From the NCBI GenBank assembly GCA_963765495.1, contig CAVXWP010000015.1, positions 32,001 to 96,000 of the forward strand: DNA of 64,000 nt, in the 5' to 3' direction. Below the pieces are notes generated by a model. It was not told the DNA's origin. It ran no database searches and saw only the letters and a program-made list of their open reading frames with translations. Position 1 is the first letter of the stretch. The number at the start of each line of letters is the position of its first letter. Shown here in pieces: positions 36,128 through 46,058 of this stretch. This stretch comes from Blastocatellia bacterium (lineage in GTDB: Bacteria > Acidobacteriota > Blastocatellia > UBA7656). The position numbers were made by a program, and so were the translations under genes.

Positions 36128-38650
36128 ATGCCCGCGAGCATCGCACAATTGAAGAAATTCCGAGGCCGTAGCGCACAAGAGATGCGCGCTCGCGGACGCC
36201 AGGAGCTTGCCAAGATCGGCGAACGGTTGTTTACGTCAAACCTCGCCGAGATGACCGACCGGGCCTTTCTCGCAGAGGTCGCGCCCGCGTTTCGCAACCG
36301 TTCGGCCGAGGCCACGGCGTCGCTAATCATCGAGCGACAGCGTGATGCTATATCAAGAAGCGCGTTCTTTCCTGCGGTCACCCGTCGCGCACAGATCGCA
36401 TCCATTATGGAGAACCGATTTGCTCGCGAACGCGAGGCTTTGATTGACCGGGCCGAACGCGCACGTGCGGGCCGCTTCGATCTGTTCGGGCACAAAAACA
36501 TAAGCTTTGGCGATCCCATTGACTGGCGACTCGAACCTCTGTCGGGCAAGCGCACGCCGCTTGATCACTGGAGCCGCATCTCTTACCTCGACCCGGAAAT
36601 CGCAGGCGATAAGAAATTAACCTGGGAACTCAATCGGCATAATCATTTCGTGACTCTCGGCCAGGCTTATTGCCTGACTTCGGACGAGCGATACGCCGAG
36701 AGCTTTGTCGCTCAGGCATCCGAATGGATGGACGAGAACCCCCCGCATCGCGGCATCAACTGGGCGAGCAGTCTTGAGCTGGCCTTTCGCTCGATTGCGT
36801 GGCTCTGGGCCTTGAATCTGTTTAAGGATTCGCAAAGACTGACGCCCCGGTTCATGTTGCGATTGCTGAAATTTCTGATAGCCCACGCCCGCCATATTGA
36901 TGCTCATTTGTCATATTACTTTAGTCCGAACACTCACCTGACCGGCGAGGCGCTCGGACTATTTTATCTGGGCGCGATGCTCCCGGAATTGCGGCGAGCC
37001 GGGGAGTGGAAAGAGAAGGGACTTGGCATATTGCTCGAACAGCTTCCTCTTCAAGTCGGGCGGGACGGCGTTTATTTTGAGCAGGCGACTTATTATCACC
37101 GCTACACGGCTGATTTCTATATTCATCTGTTGACGCTCGCCCGCGCGCTTGAGATAAAGCTGCCCGAAGAGGTTGACGCTCGTCTCGCGTTGTTGCTCGA
37201 TCATTTGATGTGGCTGACGAAGCCGGGCGGCGCATCGCCCTTGATAGGCGACGACGACGGGGGGCGGCTGATTGAATTCGGCAAGCGTGCCGGAAACGAT
37301 TTCCGCGACACGCTTGCCGTGGGCGCGGCTATGTTTGGGCGCGAGGATTGGAAATATGTGGCGGGCAACGAAACGGTTGAATTGCTCTGGTTGCTCGGAC
37401 CCGAAACTCTTGCGCGCTACGACGTATTGAAAGCGCGGCCTGCGCGAGAACGATCCAGGCCATTTTCAGAAAGCGGCTTTTACATAATGCGCGATGGATG
37501 GGCAAAGGATTCAGGCTACGTGATTGTGGACGGCGGCCCACACGGCGCGCTCGGGTGCGGTCACGCGCACGCCGATGCGCTCGCCTTTGAATTCGCTTCG
37601 CGGGGTGTCAACTGGCTGGTTGATCCGGGCACATTCACCTACACCGGAGACGCGAGGTTGCGTGACCTGTTCCGCGCAACCGGGTCACACAATACGGTCA
37701 CGGTTGACGGAGAATCTCAATCGGTTCCTTCCGGCCCTTTTGCGTGGAGCGACATCGCAGAGGTCGGCGCGTGTGAATTCATCACCGCAAATTCATTCGA
37801 TTATTTTGAAGGCTCGCACGATGGCTACACGCGGCTGGCCGATCCGGTCACACACACTCGCTCGCTGCTATTTGTAAAATCTTTTGCGGATGGTTCGATC
37901 CCTTCTTATCTTATTGTTCGCGACGGCTTCGCGGCCAAGAAACACCATCTATACAAGGCGATGTATCACTTCTCGCCCGAATGCGTGGTTACATCGGAAG
38001 AGAATCAAATTCTAGCGACGGGGCCGAATGCTGAAAGGCTGAATATCATCGCCTTTGGCAGCGTGGAGCCAGCCGCTCGGGTGATGGATGGGTGGGTGTC
38101 TGCCTGCTACGGCGTAAAGCATGTAGCGCCTGTCGCGGCGTTTGAGATCGAAGGCGAGGCGCGGCAAGAATTGTTCACCTGTCTGATGCCGTCTGCGAAG
38201 GGCGAATCGATTTCAATCAAACGACAGGTTGCAACCGGCTTTGACGGCTTCGGGGCCAGCATAGAGGTGGGCGAATTCTTTGACGTGCTCGTTGCCGGAG
38301 ATTCAAGCGAAGCGCAAAGCAAAGGCGTAGGCATATCGGGCGCGATAGGTCTTGCGCGATTTGCAAAGGGCGCGCTTGCCTGTGTCTGCCTGATTCGCGG
38401 AAAAAAGATTGAAGTTGCGAATCACTTCGCTCTGATTTCACCTGAAGCTTTCAAGTATCTTGAAGCTCAAATCGGCGGGGCGCAGATTGAAATTTCAATA
38501 GACGGGGCGAGCCGATTCGCTCTCACATTCGCAAAGCCGATACAGGCAGTCGTCGTCAACGGTGAGAGGTTCAAAGTTGATTCGCGCAGCCGGAGCGCCA
38601 CGTTTGCGCTCGAAGGCACGGGCTGGAAATTATCGGCCGAAGGTGTTTGA
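36128..38650 (+). CDS. Heparinase II/III-family polysaccharide lyase-like protein
   Basis: WELNRH, GINWAS.LE, SPNTHL, YHRY, GDDDGG, GHAHAD, DPGTFTY, HNTVTVDG; no signal peptide. Confidence 0.88.
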   Translation: MPASIAQLKKFRGRSAQEMRARGRQELAKIGERLFTSNLAEMTDRAFLAEVAPAFRNRSAEATASLIIERQRDAISRSAFFPAVTRRAQIASIMENRFAREREALIDRAERARAGRFDLFGHKNISFGDPIDWRLEPLSGKRTPLDHWSRISYLDPEIAGDKKLTWELNRHNHFVTLGQAYCLTSDERYAESFVAQASEWMDENPPHRGINWASSLELAFRSIAWLWALNLFKDSQRLTPRFMLRLLKFLIAHARHIDAHLSYYFSPNTHLTGEALGLFYLGAMLPELRRAGEWKEKGLGILLEQLPLQVGRDGVYFEQATYYHRYTADFYIHLLTLARALEIKLPEEVDARLALLLDHLMWLTKPGGASPLIGDDDGGRLIEFGKRAGNDFRDTLAVGAAMFGREDWKYVAGNETVELLWLLGPETLARYDVLKARPARERSRPFSESGFYIMRDGWAKDSGYVIVDGGPHGALGCGHAHADALAFEFASRGVNWLVDPGTFTYTGDARLRDLFRATGSHNTVTVDGESQSVPSGPFAWSDIAEVGACEFITANSFDYFEGSHDGYTRLADPVTHTRSLLFVKSFADGSIPSYLIVRDGFAAKKHHLYKAMYHFSPECVVTSEENQILATGPNAERLNIIAFGSVEPAARVMDGWVSACYGVKHVAPVAAFEIEGEARQELFTCLMPSAKGESISIKRQVATGFDGFGASIEVGEFFDVLVAGDSSEAQSKGVGISGAIGLARFAKGALACVCLIRGKKIEVANHFALISPEAFKYLEAQIGGAQIEISIDGASRFALTFAKPIQAVVVNGERFKVDSRSRSATFALEGTGWKLSAEGV

Positions 38651-38653
38651 AGT

Positions 38654-40609
38654 ATGTGTGGAATTTGCGGCATCGCCGTTCCAAAAAAATCCCGCCGGAG
38701 CATCACCCCGTCGCTCTTGTTGAGTATGCGCGATTCGCTCACGCATCGCGGCCCGGATGACGCGGGGATGTTTTTCGACGGCGCGGTCGCGCTCGGGCAT
38801 CGCCGCCTCTCTATAGTTGATCTTGGCGGTGGACATCAGCCTATGCAAAACGAAGACGGCACGATTCAGATAGTCTTCAACGGCGAGATTTATAATCACC
38901 TCGATTTACGGGCCGCGCTTGAAGGTCGCGGCCACCGTTACGCGAGCGCAAGCGACACCGAAACTATAATTCATCTTTACGAAGAGCGCGGCCCGCAAGC
39001 GGTCACAGAACTTCGCGGGATGTTTGCCTTTGCCGTATGGGACTCTGCGCGGCAGAGGCTCGTGCTTGCGCGTGATCGGTTGGGAATAAAGCCGCTTTAC
39101 TATGTGCTGGCAGATGACGGGGCGATCTATTTTGCTTCGGAGATCAAGGCGCTCATCGAAGCAAAAGCCGTCAAACCTGAACTCAATTACGATGCGCTCC
39201 CGGATTATCTGGCCAATCGCTATACGTCCGACGAGCAGACTTTATTTAGAGGCGTAAAGCGGTTGATGCCCGGACATACGCTTGTCTGGAGCGAGGGCCG
39301 AATCGAGATCAATCGTTACTGGGATGTGAGCTTTCAAAAACCGGCCGAAACGTTAAGCGAAGCCGAGTATGTGGAGCGCTTCACGGAGTTGTTTCGCGAG
39401 GCCGTGCGGCTGCGCCTGATGGCCGATGTGCCTCTTGGCATGTTTTTGTCGGGCGGAATTGATTCCAGCGCCATCGCCGCCGTGATGAGCGAGATGGTTC
39501 GAGACCCGATCAAGACTTTTTCCGTAGGCTTTGCCGAGCGCGAGGCTAACGAGATGCATTACGCTCGCCTGGTCGCTCGCGCTTTTGGGACCGATCATCA
39601 CGAAATACTGGTCAGCCCTGCGGAGTTCTTTGATGTTTTGCCTGCGCTCGTTTATCAGGAAGATGAGCCGATAGCTCATCCGTCGAGCGTGCCTCTTTAT
39701 TTCGTCTCGCGGCTGGCATCCGAGCATGTCAAAGTCGTGCTCACGGGCGAAGGCTCGGACGAATCGCTTGCCGGATACGGCAAGTACGCGAGGACCGTTT
39801 ATAACCTCGCGCTCGGTCGCGCCTATCACAAGACGGTGCCCTCGCCGCTGCGTTCGCTCATCCGTCGAGTGATCGAAGGGTCAGACGCTCGGTCGCGTGC
39901 GGGGCAAAGATTGGCGCGAACTTTTTTCTGTATTGAGCCCGATATTGAAAGCATCTATTTCGACAACTTTTCGGTCTTTTCTCGAAGGATGCAGCGGGAG
40001 TTGCTCACGGGCGAGACGCGAGAGCGCACAGGGCAAAGCGATCCCTATCGCGCTTCGATCACCGGGGCAGCGGATTCGGACGCTGTGGCATTGCTCGATC
40101 AACTGCTGGCCGCAGATTTGAAGACATACCTGCACGAGCTTTTGATGAAGCAGGACCAGATGAGCATGGCGGCTTCCATTGAGAGCCGCGTGCCGTTTCT
40201 GGATCATCGCCTGGTAGAGTTCGCCGCGCAATTGCCCGTACGCATGAAGCTGCGCGGGATGACTACGAAATATATCCTGCGGCGCAGCATGCGCGATAAA
40301 TTGCCGAGAGAAATCCTCTCTCGCAAGAAGATGGGATTTCCCGTTCCCGTCGGCAAATGGTTTGCCGGGGAGTTCGGCCATCTCCTAGACGATTACCTGC
40401 TCGGCGAGCGGGCGCGGGCGCGCGGTCTGTTCGAGCCCGGTTTCGTGCGAGAGATAGTCAGACGGCACAGGGCGGGCGAGAATCACTCGGAAAGATTATG
40501 GGCCTTGATGAATTTCGAGATATGGCAGCGCCGGTTTATTGACGGCGAACCCGCTAGCGAAAACATCGCCGCACGTAGAGAATTGAGCATTGCGCAAGGA
40601 GTCGTTTAA
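38654..40609 (+). CDS. asnB: Asparagine synthase (glutamine-hydrolysing)-like amidotransferase, second copy
   Basis: MCGICG, HRGPD, HRRLSIVD, LSGGIDSS, TGEGSDE. Confidence 0.92.
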   Translation: MCGICGIAVPKKSRRSITPSLLLSMRDSLTHRGPDDAGMFFDGAVALGHRRLSIVDLGGGHQPMQNEDGTIQIVFNGEIYNHLDLRAALEGRGHRYASASDTETIIHLYEERGPQAVTELRGMFAFAVWDSARQRLVLARDRLGIKPLYYVLADDGAIYFASEIKALIEAKAVKPELNYDALPDYLANRYTSDEQTLFRGVKRLMPGHTLVWSEGRIEINRYWDVSFQKPAETLSEAEYVERFTELFREAVRLRLMADVPLGMFLSGGIDSSAIAAVMSEMVRDPIKTFSVGFAEREANEMHYARLVARAFGTDHHEILVSPAEFFDVLPALVYQEDEPIAHPSSVPLYFVSRLASEHVKVVLTGEGSDESLAGYGKYARTVYNLALGRAYHKTVPSPLRSLIRRVIEGSDARSRAGQRLARTFFCIEPDIESIYFDNFSVFSRRMQRELLTGETRERTGQSDPYRASITGAADSDAVALLDQLLAADLKTYLHELLMKQDQMSMAASIESRVPFLDHRLVEFAAQLPVRMKLRGMTTKYILRRSMRDKLPREILSRKKMGFPVPVGKWFAGEFGHLLDDYLLGERARARGLFEPGFVREIVRRHRAGENHSERLWALMNFEIWQRRFIDGEPASENIAARRELSIAQGVV

Positions 40610-40625
40610 GGAGAGCAGCCCCCCG

Positions 40626-41954
40626 ATGAAGATACTCTGGCTCAAAAGCGAATTGCTGCATCCTGTTGATAAGGGTGGAAAGATTCGCACATATCAGATG
40701 CTCCGGCATCTCAAGCAGCGTCACGAAGTCACCTATCTTGCGCTCACGAATACGGATGAGTCGGCGGAGGCAATAGAGCGGGCCGTCGAGTATTGCCACC
40801 GGCTGGTGGCGGTTCCGTGGCAAGCGCCCCAAAAATTCAGCGCGCGATTCTATATTGATCTGGCTTTGAATCTTGGCTCGCGGCTGCCTTATGCCATCAA
40901 AAAGTATCGTTCGACCGTCTTTCAGCAGGCCATCGAGCGAGAGATAAGCGGGCACGGATACGATGTGGTGGTTTGCGATTTCCTTGTCCCGAGCGTCAAT
41001 TTCAGGCGGGGGCTGAACGTGCCCGCCGTGCTCTTTCAACATAACGTCGAATCGGTGATCTGGCGTCGCCATTTCGAAGTTCAAACAAATCCCGCAAAGA
41101 GGCTTTACCTTTACAATCAGTGGCGAAAGATGCGCGCCTATGAGCGCGAGACCTGTCAAAGGTTCAACGCGGTCGTGGCCGTTTCTGAAATTGATCGCGA
41201 CCTGATGCGCGACCAGTACAGGCTCGATCACATATATGACGTGCCAACCGGCGTAGACACCGAATACTTCCGCCCGCAATCCACCGAGCCGCCTCGCCCT
41301 CTGAGCCTTGTCTTCACAGGCTCGATGGACTGGCTGCCAAACGAAGACGCGATGCGTTATTTCACCGAGCAGATAATGCCGAGAGTCAAGCGCGACTTGC
41401 CCGGTGTGACGCTGACCGTGGTGGGGCGCAATCCGTATCCGAGCCTCCTCGAACTGAGCGAGCGCGACCCTTCCGTGATCGTGACAGGCCGCGTGGAAGA
41501 TGTGCGGCCTTTTATGAGGAGCGCAGCCGCCTATATCGTGCCGCTTCGCGTAGGCGGGGGAACGCGGCTGAAGATATACGAAGCGATGGCGATGGAAAAG
41601 CCGGTCATCTCTACTTCGATAGGGGCCGAAGGTCTGCCCGTGCGCGACGGCGTGGAACTGCTGCTTGCCGATACGTCGGATTCCTTCGCCGACGCGATTG
41701 TGCGGGTCTTGAAAGAGAGTGATTTTGCAAGGGAGATGGGGCTGCGCGCGGCGCAAATGGTGCGCGAGCAGTTTGGCTGGGAGAAGGCGGCCGACATCTT
41801 CGCCGATATTTGTCGCCGGGTCGTGGACCGGCACCGAGAGCAGTTGATTGAGAATGGGCGAAAAGGCGCGCCACCGATAAAACTGGATGGAATTGGCTCG
41901 ACAATGCCAATAGATCGGGACGGACGCGGATCGGGCGGATTTACGCGGGTCTGA
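40626..41954 (+). CDS. Glycosyltransferase family 4 (type often found in exosortase-linked EPS loci)
   Basis: P.DKGGKIRTY, FTGSMDWLPNEDA, PLRVGGGTRLKIYEAMA; RBS AAGGAG. Confidence 0.9.
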   Translation: MKILWLKSELLHPVDKGGKIRTYQMLRHLKQRHEVTYLALTNTDESAEAIERAVEYCHRLVAVPWQAPQKFSARFYIDLALNLGSRLPYAIKKYRSTVFQQAIEREISGHGYDVVVCDFLVPSVNFRRGLNVPAVLFQHNVESVIWRRHFEVQTNPAKRLYLYNQWRKMRAYERETCQRFNAVVAVSEIDRDLMRDQYRLDHIYDVPTGVDTEYFRPQSTEPPRPLSLVFTGSMDWLPNEDAMRYFTEQIMPRVKRDLPGVTLTVVGRNPYPSLLELSERDPSVIVTGRVEDVRPFMRSAAAYIVPLRVGGGTRLKIYEAMAMEKPVISTSIGAEGLPVRDGVELLLADTSDSFADAIVRVLKESDFAREMGLRAAQMVREQFGWEKAADIFADICRRVVDRHREQLIENGRKGAPPIKLDGIGSTMPIDRDGRGSGGFTRV

Positions 41955-41987
41955 CCATTTTATTGAAAGGTTCTACAGGAGTTGAAG

Positions 41988-43619
41988 ATGCAAAGCAGGT
42001 TTAAGGCAAGACTCAATAACAGGGGCTTTTATCTGGCGGTCGCGGCGGGGCTGATGATTTTATTCACGGCTCTCGCGGTCGGCAGCGCCCTGACAAAACG
42101 CCCCTGGAGCGATGAAGGCTGGTTTGCCAGTCCCGCCTATAATCTGATTACAAAAGGTTCGATGGGGACGACCGTGCTTGAGCCTACGGGATGGCTGAAA
42201 GGGATCAACCAGTACACCTACTGGGTAGTGCCGCTGCACATCATCGCGCAGGCCGGGTGGTACGAGGTATTCGGCTTCAGCCTGCTTTCGATGCGGACGC
42301 TTTCGACCGCGTGGGGGCTTGTGGCGCTCGTTTCGTGGTTTCTGATAATGCATTCGCTTTCGGGAAATCATAAAGTGGCATTGCTCGCAATGGGGCTTAT
42401 CGCGCTCGATTACAGTTTTATAATGGGCGCTTCGTTCGGGCGGATGGATATGATGTGCGCCGCGCTTGGCTTTGCCGCTTATGCCGCTTACCTGACGCTC
42501 AGAGAGCGGCACTTCGCGCTTGCCGTACTCGCGAGCCAGATACTTGTGACCGCAAGCGGTCTTACTCATCATCTGGGCATACTTGCTTTTGCGGGGCTCT
42601 TGTTTCTCACATTCTATTTCGACCGCTCGAAGCTCAGGTGGAAACACGCCGCAATAGGCGTGATTCCTTACTTGATAGGAGCCGCGCTCTGGGGGCTTTA
42701 CATAATGAAAAGCCCTGCTCTTTTCATAACACAGTTTGGCGGCAACGCGCAGACGGGCGGCAGGATGACGGCGTTGCTTCACCCGCTGACGGGTCTCTGG
42801 AACGAGATCGCGCAAAGGTATCTTGTCGCATTCGGCATGGGGCCGCACAACGCGGGCCACGGCGGACTGGTCAGCCTGAAGATTTTTATACTCCTCGCCT
42901 ACGTGGCGGGGATCATTGGCGCAATCAGCACCCGCGCCATTCGCCGCCATCGCGGATACAGAGCCCTGTTGATTTTAGCGGCGATCTATTTTGTCATCCT
43001 TACGATTTACGACGGGCAGAAATTGGCGTGGTATCTTGTGCACACTATACCGATATTTGCGGCGATACTGGCCGCCTATGTTGACTGGTGCTGGACCGAG
43101 AGCCGCGTGCCCGGCTGGGCGATTGCCACGGGCGTCTGCTGTCTTATGTTGCTTCAGGTCGGCGGCGTGGTTCAGAGGATGAGAGTGAATACTTATCAGG
43201 AGAGCTATGTGCCGGCGGTCAATTTCCTGAAGGCCAACGCGCGAGAGGGCGCTCTAATAATGGGAAGCGCAGAACTCGGGTTTGCGCTTCGCTTCCCTGA
43301 CAATTTGATAGACGATACGCGGCTCGGCTATTACAGCGGGAGGCGCGCGAAATTCGTCGTCGTCGAAGAGATTTATGAAGATGCGTTTGACGGTGCGCGC
43401 AAAAGCGATCCGCAGGCGTATGAATATATTCAGGACTCGTTAAAGCGAAACTACCGGCAGGTGTACGATCAGGGCTTTTACCAAATTTACGCGCTCGAAG
43501 ATGAAAGAGACGCGGAGAAAGAGACATATGAGGGGGCCGAGAGAGAGCGCGAATCTCAACCGGTTTCTGCCGATGCAAGTAATATCGCCGCGTCTCGTTT
43601 ATCAGGAGGTGAGAGATGA
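41988..43619 (+). CDS. ArnT/PMT-like GT-C membrane glycosyltransferase
   Basis: WSDEGWF acidic motif after TM1, many TMs, GRMD motif; RBS AGGAG. Confidence 0.78.
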   Translation: MQSRFKARLNNRGFYLAVAAGLMILFTALAVGSALTKRPWSDEGWFASPAYNLITKGSMGTTVLEPTGWLKGINQYTYWVVPLHIIAQAGWYEVFGFSLLSMRTLSTAWGLVALVSWFLIMHSLSGNHKVALLAMGLIALDYSFIMGASFGRMDMMCAALGFAAYAAYLTLRERHFALAVLASQILVTASGLTHHLGILAFAGLLFLTFYFDRSKLRWKHAAIGVIPYLIGAALWGLYIMKSPALFITQFGGNAQTGGRMTALLHPLTGLWNEIAQRYLVAFGMGPHNAGHGGLVSLKIFILLAYVAGIIGAISTRAIRRHRGYRALLILAAIYFVILTIYDGQKLAWYLVHTIPIFAAILAAYVDWCWTESRVPGWAIATGVCCLMLLQVGGVVQRMRVNTYQESYVPAVNFLKANAREGALIMGSAELGFALRFPDNLIDDTRLGYYSGRRAKFVVVEEIYEDAFDGARKSDPQAYEYIQDSLKRNYRQVYDQGFYQIYALEDERDAEKETYEGAERERESQPVSADASNIAASRLSGGER

Positions 43620-44929
43620 AGTTGAGTATTTTTGGTCTGGGGTATGTCGGATGCGTCTCTGCCGCATGCTTTGCGAAAGAGAATCACAGGGTAATCGGCG
43701 TAGACGTAAATCCGCTGAAAGTCGAAATTATAAACGGCGGACGGAGCCCCATAGTCGAGCCGGGAATAGAGGAGTTGATTGCAGCGGCGGTCCGAGCCGG
43801 GCGCTTGAGGGCTACGACCGATGCCGCCGAAGCGATTGCCGAATCCGATGTCTCGCTCGTATGCATAGGCACGCCCGGCAACCACAACGGCAGCCTCGAC
43901 CTCACATATATCAAGCGCGCCTGTCAGCAGATAGGCGAGGCGCTTGCGGCAAAGCGCCGCTATCACATAGTCGTTATCCGCAGCACGATGCTACCGGGCA
44001 CGATAGAAAATACGGTTGTGCCCGCGCTCGAAGTCTATTCGGGCAGGCGTGCGGGTAGCGATTTCGGGGTAGCGATAAACCCTGAATTCCTGCGCGAAGG
44101 CACCTCGATACAGGATTTCAACAATCCGCCTTTTACCTTGATCGGGGCCGACGATGAAGACGCGGGCGGCCCCTTGCGGAGGCTCTACGCGCATCTTTCC
44201 GCGCCGATGATAACAGTCGGGGTCAAAGAAGCCGAGATGGTGAAGTATGCCTGCAACGCCTTTCACGCGCTTAAGGTGACGTTTGCAAACGAAATAGGCG
44301 GCATCTGCAAGGCGCTCGGCGTAGACAGCCATAAAGTGATGGATGTCTTTTGCCGGGATACAAAGTTGAACCTGTCGCCTTATTATCTGAAGCCGGGATT
44401 TGCATTTGGCGGCTCCTGTCTGCCTAAAGATTTGCGCGCCATCACCTACAAGGCGAAGGCGCTCGATATCGAAGTGCCGATGCTCAATTCGATAATGATC
44501 AGCAACCGTCAGCAGATCGAGCGAGCCGTCGATGAGGTCTTGCAGACCGGGCTCAAGCGAATCGGCGTCCTGGGCCTCAGCTTTAAATCCGGCACGGATG
44601 ATTTGCGCGAAAGCCCTATGGTGACGCTTATAGAAGCCCTGATAGGCAAGGGGCTGAGACTTACGATCTATGACCGCGATGTGGAGCTTGCGCGGCTGTT
44701 TGGCGCAAACAAAGAGTATATCGAGCGCGAGATACCGCATATCTCTTCGCTGATGCATTCGGATTTGAACGAGGTGATCGAAGGTTCCGAGGTGATAATC
44801 ATCGGGAAGAAGGAAGAGGAGTTTCGCCTTCTTTCAGACAGGCTGAATATCGGACGTGTGGTCATAGACCTTGTGGGGCTTTTCGAAGCGGAAGACAACC
44901 GGCTGGTCTATAAGGGCGTGTGCTGGTGA
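43616..44929 (+). CDS. Nucleotide-sugar dehydrogenase, GDP-mannose 6-dehydrogenase (AlgD)-like
   Basis: IFGLGYVG, NPEFLREG, YLKPGFAFGGSCLPKD, FKSGTDDLRESP. Confidence 0.9.
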   Translation: MKLSIFGLGYVGCVSAACFAKENHRVIGVDVNPLKVEIINGGRSPIVEPGIEELIAAAVRAGRLRATTDAAEAIAESDVSLVCIGTPGNHNGSLDLTYIKRACQQIGEALAAKRRYHIVVIRSTMLPGTIENTVVPALEVYSGRRAGSDFGVAINPEFLREGTSIQDFNNPPFTLIGADDEDAGGPLRRLYAHLSAPMITVGVKEAEMVKYACNAFHALKVTFANEIGGICKALGVDSHKVMDVFCRDTKLNLSPYYLKPGFAFGGSCLPKDLRAITYKAKALDIEVPMLNSIMISNRQQIERAVDEVLQTGLKRIGVLGLSFKSGTDDLRESPMVTLIEALIGKGLRLTIYDRDVELARLFGANKEYIEREIPHISSLMHSDLNEVIEGSEVIIIGKKEEEFRLLSDRLNIGRVVIDLVGLFEAEDNRLVYKGVCW

Positions 44930-45020
44930 GCGAAAAGAACATCCTCGAGACTGCATTTCTGTCTGCTTGATTGATAAATCGCAGACCGCTATAGTCTGGA
45001 ACGTATAGGGGGAGTGGTAA

Positions 45021-45890
45021 ATGTACATGAAGTTTTACGAGCTTGAGGAAGAACCGTTTGGGCTGACACCTGATCCAAGATTCATTTTCGAAACAGAGAG
45101 CCATCTTGAGGCGCTGGCTACGCTCAAGTATGGCATCGAGCATAACAAGAGCCTCATTCTTTTGACCGGAGAATCCGGGTCGGGCAAGACCACAACCCTG
45201 CGGGCCGTGATCCGCGACTTCAGCGACGATATACTGCCCGTCTACCTATTCAACCCCTTTCTTACCGCGCCGGAATTTTTCGAGTATCTGGCGACCGAGC
45301 TTGGGATAAAATTTCCGAGAGGGGCTACAAAACCCGAGATACTTTCAGCACTCGGTCGCTTTCTGGCCGCGCGCCACTCCAAAGGATTGCGCACGCTTCT
45401 GATAATTGATGAGGCGCACGGATTGCCTCTGGAATTGCTCGAAGAGTCCCGCCTGTTGCTGAACTTCGAAACCAACAGCGAAAAGCTCATACAGATAATA
45501 CTGAGCGGGCAGCCCGAATTACAGGACTCGCTCAATCGCCCGAACATGCGACAATTAAAACAACGGGTTTCCCTGCGGTGTAACATAAAACCGCTCAGCG
45601 TCTTCGAGATAGGCAACTACATCCGATCCCGGCTCAAGACGGCGGGCGGTAAGAACTTGAACCTGTTCGACAACAGCGCGGTTGGGCTCATAGCCCACGC
45701 CTCGCAGGGAATACCCCGCGTGGTCAATAATATCTGTGACAACGCGTTGCTCTACGGCTATGCTTCTGGAAGCGCGATCATAAACCGCGACATCATCGCG
45801 GATGTAATAGCGGCGCTCGATATCGTTCCGATGGCCGCGACCGGCAATTCCTCTTCCGGGTTTGGCGAAGAGATGAGTTCAGGAGACTAA
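45021..45890 (+). CDS. ExeA/GspA-family AAA ATPase
   Basis: PFGLTPDPRF, GESGSGKTT, IIDEAH, LSGQPEL, GIPRVVNNICD. Confidence 0.9.
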   Translation: MYMKFYELEEEPFGLTPDPRFIFETESHLEALATLKYGIEHNKSLILLTGESGSGKTTTLRAVIRDFSDDILPVYLFNPFLTAPEFFEYLATELGIKFPRGATKPEILSALGRFLAARHSKGLRTLLIIDEAHGLPLELLEESRLLLNFETNSEKLIQIILSGQPELQDSLNRPNMRQLKQRVSLRCNIKPLSVFEIGNYIRSRLKTAGGKNLNLFDNSAVGLIAHASQGIPRVVNNICDNALLYGYASGSAIINRDIIADVIAALDIVPMAATGNSSSGFGEEMSSGD

Positions 45891-45891
45891 C

Positions 45892-46052
45892 AAGGGATGA
45901 GGGATTTCGTAAGGGATGAGGGATGAGGGATGAAAAAGAATCTGGGGACACAAACCAATTAATGAGGGCAACCATTTATCGGAGTGTTTCCTAAGAGTCC
46001 GATTCATCCCTCATCCCTCATCCCTCATCCCTCCTGAAATCCCTCATCCCTC
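45892..46052. repeat. Inverted heptamer-repeat element, family A, with extended outer arms
   Basis: AAGGGATGAGGGATTTC GTAAGGGATGAGGGATGAGGGATG - core - (ATCCCTC)4 CTGAAATCCCTCATCCCTC; fills the whole intergenic space. Confidence 0.9.
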
Positions 46053-46058
46053 AAGATT

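Noticed and set aside
40554-41834. 426-aa minus-strand ORF (and similar ones at 21336-22244, 25124-25930, 42060-42950, 43991-44758, 49716-50549)
   Set aside because: All lie antisense to well-supported genes and have no recognisable domains
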